Assembly (NCBI GenBank): GCA_051294375.1
Contig: CM119263.1
Span: forward strand, 10,934,703 to 10,998,702
Source: Paraspadella gotoi
Taxonomy: Eukaryota; Animalia; Chaetognatha
Direction: 5' to 3'
DNA: 64,000 bases
Of this stretch, positions 1 to 12,722 are shown in pieces (position 1 is the first letter of the stretch; each line of letters begins with the position of its first letter). The translations under genes and the position numbers were made by a program. The notes beneath the pieces were generated by a model. It was not told where the DNA came from, made no database searches, and saw only the letters and a list, made by a program, of their open reading frames with translations.

Positions 1-833
1 TCCCGGTGATTTGTTTCTTCTTTTTATAATTATCATACATTTATGTAGTAGAAGGGAAAAAACTCCATGAGAAAAGGGCTCTCCTTTCCTCCCTGTGCTC
101 CCGGCACTAAGGCTTTGTTTATATTTTGTACACCTTTTGTTTACATTTTATAACGCGACGTCCAACTAAACAAAATCCCGCAACTCTGGAAGACGAGAGG
201 ATAAATAAATAAATAAATAAATTTTAATTTCACCAGACTAGAATCGCCTTTCTCTTTTAGAATAATGATGAAAAAAGAATCTTTGTTTTTTTCGCTAAGA
301 GTAGAGCATTTTAGAAAAAGATCCCTCACTAACTCCTTTTTAGTCTTCGTCTCTCAAGAAATATTTTTCCTCTTCTTTTTTCCTTTTCTTATTCAAAAAA
401 TAAGTGGGTCATTCGAACTAAGGCGTTGATTTTAAGAACGATATATCGTGGAAGAAAACCATTCATATTCAATATTCATTTTTGTAAAATAATTTTTGGA
501 CTAACTCCAAACTTTAAAGACTTTTAATTTTATGTTTCAAATTAAAAAAAAAACATAAAGTTAACTTTTTGTTTTGGTAACTCAAATAAGTACAACAACT
601 GCTATAGTATTACAAAAACAATCACCACGTTCAAACCTTGAATTTTAAGAATCTCGTCATTAAAGATTTAAAGATACAAAACTTTTTTGTAAAATTATAG
701 AAGTCGTTTTGTTTCGAGATTGCTTTGAGAAAGAGGTGGAGATGGAAATGACACCTTTCTCATGAAGAATTATGAGGAAATGGGTTTGACAAGAAAACTT
801 TCAAGTCAAAGGTGTTTCGAAAATAAATCGAGC

Positions 834-943
<110 letters not shown>

Positions 944-1120
944 CTTTCCCGCCAAAAAAATGCGCAGTTTTCTCATCAATCGATGAAGATATAAAAAATA
1001 TACATAAAAAAAGATTATCTCGGTTTCTAAAAAAATAGGGAGAGTACGTATCTGCACTTTAAATGAAAATATACAACAAAAAAAAGGTTTTAATATTTTT
1101 TTATTCAAAATCATGCTAAC

Positions 1121-1274
1121 CTCGAATCGCTTCGGCGCATCGTACGCCCTCCAGCGCCGAAACGGAGAAACAAAAAAAAATAAGAGGAGCGCAGAAAACG
1201 GACGCCCGACAGCGACGCAATGTTTTGTCCGGGGCTTCGTTTGACTCGACAGGAAAACTCTGGGCGCTGGACAT
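1121..1274 (-). CDS. Possible first coding exon (signal-peptide-like) of a gene continuing beyond the left window edge
   Basis: ATG at 1274 gives MSSAQSFPVES...RRCRASVFCAPLIFFCFSVSALEGVRCAEAIR, followed by the donor-like G|GTTAG at 1120. The exon has a basic stretch, a hydrophobic core and a small-residue cleavage-like site, and it lies in a GC-rich island. Confidence 0.35.
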
Positions 1275-3172
1275 CCGGCCGACTAATGCTTTTTGCGGCT
1301 GAGGGGCGCGTTTAATCCTCGAAATGGACTCGTCCGAGAGCAGAGGGTCGCGTGAGTTGACGTGGAAAGGCAGCGCCAACTTTGGCCTTCGCAGATGATC
1401 TAGAAGACGGAGGATCGACGTGAAAAAGGATACGACGGGGAAATGGGCGAGGACGGGCGACCGAAATTCTTTTAATTTTCGCTTCCAACTCAAACTCGTG
1501 AAAAAGTCGATCCTTTTGCGATTTCGCGTCATCGTCGTCGAAGATTTGACAGAGAAAACAAATGCGGGAGCGAAAATTCGTGAGATTTGCGTGAAAAGAT
1601 TTTTTTTTGGGGTGGAGGGGGGGGGAAGGGAAAGAGGTCTTTCGGGTGTCGATTTTCGTGAGTAGATTTGAGATTCGATTCTTCCGTCTCTGGAAGACGT
1701 GAGTCGATCGAAGTAAAAAGAAATATAATACACACCAAAAAGTTTCACTTTCTTAACCTTTTTGCCGCCCCATGGAGAACAAGTGAAGGTCTCTCTTCGC
1801 AATTCGCTCACAATTGTTTTATATTAACTTATTTTGTTTTTTTCCCCGTCTGCACAATTTTTTGTCGAATAACAACTTGAACGGGCTAAGGCATACTTCA
1901 TTGATGCCATGTTCAATTTATGTTGTAAAAATAATTGACACAATGATGAATTTAAAATTCCATATCCGTATTGGTCGTTTTTTTGGGTTTTTTTTTTTTT
2001 TTTTTTTTGAACGATGATTTTAAAATAAAACGTATGTTAAAGGATGAAAGGCCGACACAATCAGCGAGAGAGAAAGAGACGGAGGGAGAGGAGAGGAAGA
2101 CTATCCGCGAAGAATCTAAACCCGAGTCCGAGTTTGGTTTTGGGCCAAAGGAGGAGGAGGATGAGAAGGATTAAGTAGAGGGGGATGAGGAGGAGGGGGA
2201 ACAGGATATAATAAAAAAAAGAGAGAGAAGGAGAGCGGCGACGGAGAAATCGAAAGGAAACTTCTAAACAATATAGGGAAAGTGAAAAAAATGGTAAGAG
2301 AAAAGGAACTAGGGGACTTCAATCTGAAGTGATACGAAAAAACTTGTAATATAATTGAAACGAAGAGCAATCAAGTAATAAAATTTTTTTCCGTAGAAAA
2401 ATACATAAATTAATTTTCCACCAATTCGAAACATTCTAGCTATGTTATAAACATTTTCCTCAAGAGGGTCAATTTCTGAATTTTTTCATGATTTATTTTT
2501 TTTATTAATAAATAATAAGATACTGTAGTAAATGTATCACGAACCAGAATAAATAAAATGAATAATACCTGATAATAATCGTCACGTTTTCCCTCTAAAA
2601 TCTATTAAAAATAAAAATTTCAGCATGGGGGGAAAATTATAAAAGACGACTTTGTTGATATATAAATAATACTTACCATAGTAAATAAGTTGGGTTTTAC
2701 ATGAGAATTTTTTTATAATAACAAATTACCAAACTGAATTTTTATCACCAAAAATTTATTTTTATATCAGATAACTTCACAATCAGCGTTAAAAATGTTA
2801 AAATTTGGACCAAAAAAAATGAAGAAAAGTGACTCCGCGCTTGAGAGCCACTATGATTATACTATTAGGAAATTTATACATTTTTTTCGGTCAACATAAA
2901 CGTCAAGTAGTTTTCTAACTAATAAATGTTGTAAAAATTATATACAGTGAAAGAATTACGAGTTTATTCGATTCCAGATTGAAGTCTCCGTATAGTCTAT
3001 ATTTTTTGTAATATCAAAAGGTTACCTTACCTATTACTATTACTATTGAGACATAAGTTTTTTCTGGGATTGTATTTCTTCAAAAAAACTTTTCGGTCTC
3101 AATTATTGTTTTACAAATACATTTTCAATAACCAGTTTATCTCATCTCAACACATTTATTGGCACGCCAAAA

Positions 3173-3843
3173 AGGCATTCCTGGACTGGAGATCAATACG
3201 CTCTGGAAGCATATGGAAAACGAAGAGCAAGGTTTTTTCTTAAAGAATAAACGGAAAAAGAAGGATAATATCTCGGGGGAAAAAAATTAAAGGAATTAAG
3301 ATATAATATTTGTTATTTTTTTATATATTTGGGTAAAAATTAAGGTTATGATAAATTATAGTTAAAAATAAATTAAGAATAAGTGTAAGTTAACTAAAAA
3401 AATAAGTTAGGGTTAAAAATAGGTTAGGGATAAGTTAGTGTTAGGGGTAAGTTAGGGGTAAGTTAGGGTTAAGGGTAAGTTAGAGTTAGGGGTAAGTTAG
3501 GGTTAGGAGTAAGTTAAGGTTAAATTTAAAATTAAGTTTCAGCTTAAGTATACAATAATTTGAAATTTCAATATAATAAATTTATAAAAAGATATAATAA
3601 TAATATTTATAAAATAACAGAGTTTCTATTTATGATTACAACGATCATTTAATTATTCTACTAAGGCTTAAATTTAAAATTAAGTTTCAGCTTAAGTATA
3701 CAATAATTTAAAATTTCAATATAATAAATTTATAAAAAGATATAATAATAATATTTATAAAATAACAGAGTTTCTATTTATGATTTTTTTTTCTCTTCGT
3801 TTTCCCATAAGCCTCCTGAGCGTATTCAACTCCGGGATCGCCT
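3173..3843. mobile_element. MITE/foldback-like element with imperfect ~50-bp terminal inverted repeats, an internal degenerate TTAGGG-like array and a ~120-bp tandem duplication
   Basis: 3173-3227 (aggcattcctggac...aatacgctctggaagcatatggaaaacgaagag) is the imperfect reverse complement of 3793-3843. (gtaagttagggg)-type repeats lie at ~3405-3520. The AT-rich block at ~3520-3637 is repeated at ~3668-3785. Confidence 0.65.
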
Positions 3844-3895
3844 ATTTATTAATTGTATAGACCAGGCTATGGCTACTATACTTTACTATACTATA

Positions 3896-4045
3896 CTTAT
3901 GAAATTGGTACAACCAATATAATAATTATCCATTCATTTAATAAATAAGCTATCTTGCCCCTGACTTTGGACAGGCTTTGGTGGTTTAAGGCCTCCATCA
4001 CTCTTACAAGATAATGACATAGCAGGTCCCTGCAAGCTTTCAATC
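3896..4045 (-). repeat. Dispersed repeat family A, copy 1 (inverted orientation)
   Basis: Near-identical reverse complement of 57070-57218 and similar to 31965-32117 (gattgaaagcttgcagg...gtaagagtgatggaggcc...ggttgtaccaatttcataa). Confidence 0.9.
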
Positions 4046-4670
4046 TATACTATCTATATTATACTAAAGTTTAGTAGATAAATTCTCCAATTTGGTTGCG
4101 AATGACGGAACCTTTTGTTTTGTCGCGAGGCTCTCCCTCTTCGTTATTTATCATTTTGTGAACGACAAGAGAAAAAAAGAACATTTCAAAATCAATTCTT
4201 TTAATTCCTGTGATATTGCGTTTCATGCTCACAAATTTACTTAATTGACTCCTTATACGTATCCTTTCAGATAAAAAAGTTTCTATGATCCTCTATTTTT
4301 TTTAAATCTTAATTTTTTCATTTCTTCATTATTTATTTTGTTGTTTTCATTATAATTTTTCTGCAGCCTACAGTGCAGGCACCGTTACCGATACCGTTTT
4401 ATATTGTTATATTGTCGTTTTCTTTTTCAGGAAAATACACATTTTTCAGGAAGTACAAACACATTTACACACATTTGCAGAAGAAAACTAAAATACAGAT
4501 GTAGGTGGCCCAGTCGCCGCTATTAATTGGACCTAGACATTGAGTTAACCCGTCACCTTCTTCGATATGTTCTTCATCCTTTGAATTTTTTCCAATGCAT
4601 CTCGTTAATTCTTTACATTGAATTTCGTAATTTTATTTCTTTGTTTTAACAGATAACAAAAAATTGCAGA

Positions 4671-6026
4671 ATGGAATTCCAGGCAGTCATTTTAGCGGCC
4701 GGAAAAGGTTCAAGAATGAGTGACCTGGTCAGAGACAAAACGCCTAAGTGCCTGTTGCCCATCGCCAATATGCCCATGATCTTGTATCCGTTGCGTAAAC
4801 TCGAGTCTCACGGATTTTCAGAAGTGATAATTATCGTTCTGGACTGTCACAAACACGCCGTTTCCAAAAAACTCGCTGAAGAAAATCTGAAAATAAAATA
4901 CGAGCTTTTTGAAGTTGCCAACGAGGATCTAGGAACCGCAGAGTCGCTCCGAAAGATCAGGAGTAAAGTCTTCCACGATTTGATCGTCCTTAGCTGCGAC
5001 ACCATCACCAATGTACCTCTTCAAAAATTGGTGGATGCTTTCAGAGTTGAGGACGCTTCGTTGACCTGCCTCCTGTCTCATCAATCCAAGAGTTTTATGG
5101 AAGCGACGACCCCGGGACCGAAGCGGAAACAAAAACGCGGAAATGCGGAGCGAGATTTTGTCGGGCTTGAACCGGACACCAATCGACTTCTCTTTTTGGC
5201 GAACGAGGCCGACGTGGAGGATGACGTCATCACCTTCAAAAAGTCGCTCTTCCGGCGTCATCCGAGAGCGATAGTCAAATCGAACATTTTGGACGGCCAC
5301 ATTTACATCATGAAGAGATGGGTATTGGATTACATGGACTTTAAATCCAATAAAGAGACGCTGAAGGGAGAATTCATTCCGTACCTGTTATCTAAACAAT
5401 TCAAAACGCGGAAGGCTTGTAAAACGAATGAAGTTGAACGAACGGACGAGAAAAACATTGACGACTTTATCTCGACGGATAAATGGAGCGAAGCTCTGGA
5501 GCAGTTTTCCCTCTCCTCTCCATCCTCGCTGCTTCCTCTCTCCGACCGATCGAACATCGTTTGTAATGCGGTTTTAACGCCGAGTAAATTCTCCGTCGCC
5601 GACGAGGAGCAGATCTGCGTTCGCGTCAACACCGTCGCCGCTTTTTTCGAAGCTAATAAATCGGTTACGCGTTTTCTGCCCGACCTTTTTATTACTCGGG
5701 TCGACGAGGGTGCTGAGGAACGCACTCTGAGTGCTGATTCGACGATCGGCGTCGGTGTGAGGAAAGGCAAAAACGTCATCATAAGGCGCTCGGTTATTGG
5801 CAAAAACTGTCGCATCGAGGACGGCGCCAAGATAATCAACTCCGTGTTGATGGACTCGGTTGTTGTCGAAACTCAGGCCTCCGTGGCTGGTTCCATTCTA
5901 CTAGAAGATGCTGTAGTGGGCGACGGAGTCGAAATCAAGGATTCTGTGATTGGCTACGCCGTCGCAATAGAAAAGGGTACCCGAATCGTCAACGAAACGC
6001 TCGTGAAAAACATGATGGAGATTTGA
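4671..6026 (+). CDS. EIF2B3: Translation initiation factor eIF2B gamma subunit (single coding exon, 451 aa)
   Basis: N-terminal MEFQAVILAAGKGSRM...PKCLLPIANMPMI nucleotidyltransferase-like domain, RDFVG and HIYIMKRWVLD motifs, and a C-terminal left-handed beta-helix (RSVIGKNCRIEDGAKIINSVLMD). Confidence 0.93.
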   Translation: MEFQAVILAAGKGSRMSDLVRDKTPKCLLPIANMPMILYPLRKLESHGFSEVIIIVLDCHKHAVSKKLAEENLKIKYELFEVANEDLGTAESLRKIRSKVFHDLIVLSCDTITNVPLQKLVDAFRVEDASLTCLLSHQSKSFMEATTPGPKRKQKRGNAERDFVGLEPDTNRLLFLANEADVEDDVITFKKSLFRRHPRAIVKSNILDGHIYIMKRWVLDYMDFKSNKETLKGEFIPYLLSKQFKTRKACKTNEVERTDEKNIDDFISTDKWSEALEQFSLSSPSSLLPLSDRSNIVCNAVLTPSKFSVADEEQICVRVNTVAAFFEANKSVTRFLPDLFITRVDEGAEERTLSADSTIGVGVRKGKNVIIRRSVIGKNCRIEDGAKIINSVLMDSVVVETQASVAGSILLEDAVVGDGVEIKDSVIGYAVAIEKGTRIVNETLVKNMMEI

Positions 6027-6242
6027 GTATCAGTGCGAATTTGTTGATTGTCATGACTAGTTTTCAGCTTGATTAAATTAGCTTATTTTTATCACAGAAT
6101 TCCTTTTCAAAAAAAATTTATTAATTAGTTAATTTTCCCTTTTCTAATCCAAACTTTTAGTTTTAGGTTCAAAAAGTCATTGTTAATCCTAGTTGCCGTT
6201 ACGTTTTTACCTATTTAGAAACCACGAATTGTTTTTGTAAAA

Positions 6243-9200
6243 ATGAAAGAGGACGATGAAGATGACGATGAATGCTTGAAGATCGTCGTCGAGAGCGCTG
6301 ATTTGGACGCGGATCGTTTCCTCGACAATGGAATTAACGGAACGGATTCCGAAAAACAAATGGAACCCGAGACGTTCACCGACGATTTCCCGGAGTTGGA
6401 GCGCAATATCAACGACTGCGCTTCCCGCAACAACCTCGGCGTCCGGAACATCAAGCAGATCCTCAAGTACGTGATTGGCAACCGCGAAGTCCTCGACATG
6501 CTCAGCAGCGATATGAAACAACGGACGGCTTCGGGAGAGGCTGGCTCGACCGCCCTGACTTTCGAGCCAGCCATGACGCGCTCTCGGGTGAAACGCGTTG
6601 TCGAATCCGGAGAAGCTTTGCTGCCCCCTGGTGCAGAGGCGGCCCCATGGGCGCTAGCATTGACAACCCCGTGTAAAAAAAAGAAACAAAAGGGTCCCAC
6701 CTTCGGCGAACTTGAGCTCAGAGAAGACGACGACGACGAAGATTTCGATCCGGCGGCGGCCGAGGATGACGACGACGAAGATGTCGACGAGATCGATAGC
6801 CTTTTTTCTCCCAACGCCTCCAGCATTGCATCTCCGCCTGTAGCCACTTCCAATCCGCCATCATGCAATTCAGCCGCTGCCCCTAATCGCCCAATAGACG
6901 ATGAGTCGGACGCGGAGAAAATGCTCGATGACGCTCCGGCCAAGCGAACGCGCCAGCGGGTTTGCCTCAAGGACAAGCCTTTGGAGGTGTTGGAGGGAGA
7001 CTTCGTGGCTCCGGACGTCGACCCAGAGATGTTCGAGTCTGCGGGGGAGGACGATGCCGACGCCGAATATCTCCATTTCCTTCGCGAATTTTACACCAAG
7101 CCGGCGACGAATACGATGCCATCCAAGAGGTCGTCTACAACTGCTTGGGCTGCGCCGCTCGATCCCGCAGAGGTCTCGGAAAAAGAGGATGACGACCCAG
7201 ATTACAATATACTGGAGGATATCGACCAAGATATCGAAACAGACCCAGAAGAGTTTCAACAAAATCGAGCTACGGAAGTCTCGAAGAAGGAGTTGGACGA
7301 ATTGTTGGACGAATTGCTTAACGCCAGCAATGACGAGGACGACGACTGCTTTGGCTTTTCTGAACAGGTTAAGCTTGATAAAAGTTTGGAATTTAACTGT
7401 TAGTGTTACTATCCTCTGTTTATTCTCTTATCGACGGTCTTTTTACGTGTTACTGTATTTTAAAAATTGCCAGTCTCATGCCCCTCAATTTTTTCCTCTT
7501 ATTAAGATACTCGGCCCTCCTCCATCCTTCTCGCGAGACATTCCCGTCAAACCGAAACCATTTAACGATAAAAGTTGCGCTGAAGCTCGACCTAACTTCT
7601 CATCAATCGGCAAAACTATTTTTACGGCCGTCGATGTCCATGGAAGTCGATCTCCATTGATGACCACGCCCTCTCTTTCCCCCAACGACGCCTCTTCCTC
7701 TGAACCACCGGTTTCGACCGACGAATTTCCTTCGACATCCGCCGAATCCACGCCGATCTCCACTGAGCCCCCAGTCACATCCGGCGTGACGCTCACCATT
7801 CCCCTCAACGGCGATTCGTCGATCCTCGCCTCTCTACCTCTCTCCACCACTTCGCTGCAAATTAATTCAATCCGTTCGTTGCTGAATCAGCAAATCTCTC
7901 AGCACATTCAACTCTTGACGCAGATCTTCGTTCTTGCCATGACGTCTTCCCGACCGGAAGAGTATCAGAACCTGGCGAACGAGGCCAAAAAGCTCATCGA
8001 GGAAGTCTCCAGATTTTCAACTCGCTCACGCGATGGAGCCGAGAACGGTTCTTCGTGTTTCTCTCAAATCCCCAACCTCGTTTCGGCCGTTGAGGTGGTC
8101 AGTCAGTCAACTCCTCTCATCCTTGCGCCCGATTCTGAGAAAGAAATAAACGCTCTCAGAAAAGCCTTCCAACATTCCTCATCCAGTGAACATGAATACA
8201 ATAATCCTCGGAAAAAAGTATGTACATGTATATATATATGATAAGCGAGTCAAAAATAAGAAAATCTAAAAAAAATCTTAATTTTTCGATGATTTTCGAT
8301 TAATTTTTAATTTAAATTTAGATGAAGGTTATAATTGCAACTTTTTGAAATTTTAATGATTTGTCTATGAAAATTAGCAAAAACTGTCAATGATTATGAT
8401 GATTTTATAAGATTTCTTTAATTTTTGACCTAATTATCATTAATACTAACCTTTATCGAATTTTTAATCTATTTTTAAAAAATTAAATTTAAAAAAATAT
8501 TTTTAGGCATGAGGAATATGAATATATTAAAAATATAACATCGTAAAATAATTAAGTTGTTAAGGAATAAGGACGAAAGTCTTTTATTGCAGACTATTTA
8601 TAATGTGAAAAATGTTGAATTGTGGCCCGCCTCAGTAAGCAGTTTTTATTATTAAAATAATTATTTTTTTTTCTGTGTATTTTTTAAATTTCATTTTTAT
8701 TTATTTATTTTTATTTTTTGGGCTTGTAATTATTGGGGTTATAATTTTGAAATTCATTACTTAATAATTATTATTTTTATTTTCTCAGATTCAAGCGTCC
8801 GTTCCGCCTTTGTGTGCAATGCGCTTCTTCTCAAACGTACCTGCATTTCCATATCCTTCTCTTCTTCCAGCTGCCCATGCCCTCTCCGACGAAGAGCGAA
8901 AAACATTGAAGCGAAATAAGCATTTTCAAGACGTTGCTAAAAACAAATTTTCCGAATCAGAAGACAATCTCATCGCTATTGGCTGGTCGCAGTACATAGC
9001 TATGAACGTACCAAAGACAAAAGCTATCCGTTACGTTCATGAGCTTCTCCTGCCTAATCGAACTACGGAGCAGCTTCAGATCCGAATCAAGAATGTCTTG
9101 TCCTCTCGAACCAACGGTCCGTCTTCGTCGGGTGCTGAGGATGTCAACGCAGTCAAATATCTAAAGACAACATGTTGTCTTCCTCCCCGATTCAGCATCG

Positions 9201-12200
9201 ACAAGGTGGAAATTCTTCCACAATACTTCAATTACGACGCTAAATCGGGCAATATTTCTCATCAAGATTTGTTTAAACTGATTACTTGGTTTCCAATTTA
9301 CGAGGAAGCTTCCGTACTACATGACGAATCCGTTTGCAAAAAACCTGTTTGTAAAAAAACAGTTACCTCGGCTGCTTCTTCCGATGTTGAGACTTCGATT
9401 GAAACCTTCGTAGCGGGAGCCGTCGACAATAAAGCCATCATCATTATTCCAGATTCGTGCGGCGTCGTGTACGCTTCTCCATCCGCCGTTTCGTCTATAT
9501 CAGTCAATTCTGGTCCGCAAACTTTGTCGCCTGAATCGAAAGAAACTCGACAAAAACGCAGGCTATTGCCTAGATTGAAGCCGACCAATCTGAAGCGTTT
9601 AAAATCTACCGAGACAAACCCTCCGCTGGAAACTACGCCGGAAAATCAACCGACTGCTAACGAATCATCTCAAACGACGGCGGCGGTTACATTGCCGGGA
9701 ACATCGTTAACAACGCCGGCTAACACGACAGCGGGAACTACAACGGTAGACGCTTTTTCGGAAACTTTAATGAACGCTTCGACGGAAACGATATCTCTAG
9801 TCACACCTTTAATACAACAGCCAATTCCACCGGCTCCACTTGATACTCAACCGACGTCGTCCGCGCTGGTTTCGCGATGGGGGACCCTTTTGATGGACGA
9901 TATTTTGAAAGCAGCTATGGATGAAGCGGAGATTGACGATGCGAACGGCGTCAATCCATCGTCGCCCTTCAAAAGTCTCTTCACCGATTCGCCGCTCAAA
10001 ACACCATTCATTTCTCCGACTAAAGAAAACTTTCCTACTCCTGAGGTTTCAGGGTTTAGGACCCCCGTCAAGTCAGCTTACCGGACGCCTACTAAGCGGG
10101 CGTTTATGTCTCCGTTTAGAAATCTATTTACGACGCCGACCCACTCTAATCTCCCGTTGAGCGAAGCCAAAACTCCATCTCCCCAAAGAACTTTTCTTTG
10201 GCAAATATTGACTCCAACTAGAGAACGAACTCGATCATCGGAAAGTGCGAACTTTCTGTCGGATATGGTCTCACCTCATTCAACTTCTGCCAAAACTCCG
10301 ATCAAAACTTTTAATTTGTCTCCTTCGAAAACTTTTAATTCCGTTTCGGGGGTAGTTTCCGGCGACAAGGAGGTTGACGGGATCGACTCTTCTCCATATC
10401 GTCCTTCATCTCCCAATTCTGGTCTTTCTATTGTGGCTGAAAGGACGTCAACTACGTTGAGTCTCCAACGCCAACCTTGCGAGGACATCGGTCAAAATTT
10501 TAACTTGAATACTAAATCGGTTTTGTGTAGTTCAGATATTTCCCTTTCGATCGCCCGTGATGTATCTTCTTGTTCAGGGGCTAATAAAGAAACAGATCCA
10601 GTACCCGAGTCGATTCGTGAAAGCATCACTTCTGAGTTATCACTTGCTTCTTCTTCGCAGACTCATCAAATTAAATGTGAAAATTTTCCTTCTTCACTTC
10701 TTCACAGAACAGACGATATGGAAGAACGCCGCTTTGGATTCGCTTCCGAGGTCGCCGCCCAAGTTTCTGACGATCTGGACTTGTCTCAACTGATGGCGGC
10801 ATCAACTACGACCAATTTCAACCCTGACGCGAGGCCCATCGGTGGAACCGCTTCTTCAAAGAAAAAAGGGGCAGCATCTAGTTCCGGAGCTCTTTCTTCC
10901 GCCCATTTTGCCGAGGAAATCAACCGAATGATGAATGACCCGGATCTGTTGGAGAACGACCCTCTCATCGACGAGCGGAACGTCGCCTATGGGAACGCCT
11001 TTTTGACTAAAGTCCGCGAGACCTTCGGCGAGACTGATGTAGAAATTTACCGATCCGTTTTGATGGCTTTGCGTCGCTGTGCCGATCGTGGAGACCCCGT
11101 TCGACTCTTTGGCGAACTCAAGGAGCTATTTCTTCCGCGCTGGCCCGAGCTTCTCGACGACTTTGTTCCTTTTCTCCTACCCGAACAAGCCTTGGAGTGC
11201 GGGGTACTGTCCTCGTACAATCAGCATTCGCGGGTCAAACGGTTTTTACGTCGTTGCGAAATTTTTTTCAACCGGCGGCCGGCCCAGTACACGGCGGTTA
11301 TTAAAGCGCTCCACCTTTATGTTTCGCGACCTTTGGATGCCACTGTTTCGAGCGAATTGCACGAAACTGTTCTTCCGCTGCTAAAGGGACAGAAAGAACT
11401 CCTCCAAGACTTTTTCGCGTTCTTCCCAAATGACCGACGCGACCCGCGGGTCGATCCCAGTGACACCGGATTCGAGGAGACGACGCTGCCCGAAGAAGAC
11501 GAGAATATCGGCGCCGACGAAAACGGCGTTGTGTGGGAGTGTGTACGACTAGGCTTGACCGAAGCCGACCGCGAAGGTGGCGGTAAACATTGCCAATGTC
11601 GCTGCCACGAGGACGAAGAAGCGTCTCAATCGTTTCGAAGTCGATCGCGCCATTGCGTGCCCTGCGCAAAAACTATTGTTGACGGTCGCTATTACATCCG
11701 CACTTCTCAAAGGCAAAAAGAAGAAGCCGATATTGTTTACATTCGGCGGGGAACGACCAAACCCAGAACGATTGAAGCCGAGGAGGCCACCGAAGTTGAA
11801 GAAGGCGGAAAAAGTGACAAGGAGAACGAAGTCCCCCAGAACCGTACCACGAGTTTAACGACAACTCCCGCCTTGGAAGGCGATTCTTCGACGGTTTTGG
11901 TCGTTGAACCTTCGACAACCTCAGTTGCCGACCTTTCAATGCCCATTGATTCAGACCGCTCTCCTTCGCCTCTGATAAACGTGACGACCGTTTCCGCCGA
12001 TACACCTCAAAAATTGGTTAATTTGGAGACGTGCGAAGACGGCGGCGTCGAAACAAGAAACGGTGTTGCTCTCCTTAGTATTTCTGACTCCGGCGACGTT
12101 TTGACCAAGCCAGGTTTCGATGCCGACGCAGTTTCTGCGAATGAGAACTGCGAGGAGTTCGTCTTCACTGTTTCCTCCGGCAGAGCACCAGAATCTGAGG

Positions 12201-12682
12201 TTAACTCTAATTTAGCTGGACGAAGCTCGACGTCGGAAATAAACCTCGATTCTGCCGAAGAGAATGGAGAGCCGGTCCCGTCAAATAAAAAGAATGGGAA
12301 AGTAGCCACGATATGCAAAGATACTGAGCCAAAAGAAGCCGACAGTGCCGTCACGGCAGAAGTCTCGGTCGCTCTAAACAACGTAGCCACCACAAAAGAT
12401 CCGGTTCAGACTACAGCGGCAGTTACGCAAGACGACGCCTCCTGGACTAATGACATAGACATCGCCTTGTTGCAGAAGTGCCAGCGTGAGGGTCCTAACC
12501 CGACGACATACGCCGCCTTTGTGCAAGATTTCAAAGAGCATTTCCCCGAAGATGCCTCTATGGCTCGCAGCTTGGGTATGGTGGAGAGGAGGCTCATATA
12601 TTTAATGGATAAGCTCGAAGCTATGCAAGAGACAGATGGAGATACCAGCGACTCTACCGAGGACGATTCTGAGACGGAATAA
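6243..12682 (+). CDS. GON4L: GON4L/YY1AP1-like transcriptional co-regulator; exons 6243-7367, 7507-8217, 8789-12682
   Basis: NVKxILK-like N-terminal motif, EPAMTRSR, AKRTRQR, DDDPDYN, QQISQHIQLLTQ, Myb/SANT-like FSESEDNLIAIG, PAH-like helices (WPELLDDFVPFL; LLKGQKELLQDFFAFFP) and a C-terminal WTNDIDIALLQKCQREG Myb-like domain. In-phase GT-AG introns join three ORF-track segments. Confidence 0.85.
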
Positions 12683-12722
12683 GTTGTCTTTTTGGCGGCG
12701 AGCGATAATTAAGTAGTCATAG

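Noticed and set aside
3405-3520. True telomere or chromosome-fusion site
   Set aside because: The array is short, degenerate, in one orientation and enclosed by TIR-like ends.
6215-6976. 253-aa antisense ORF and other long shadow ORFs over coding exons
   Set aside because: They are expected by-products of GC-rich gac/gaa-biased codons on the opposite strand and carry no recognisable motifs.
6901-7506. Apparent overlap or programmed frameshift between the two GON4L ORFs
   Set aside because: A normal GT-AG intron (7368-7506) joins the frames. The same applies to LMBRD1, ADH5, KIF18 and SCYL1 frame changes.
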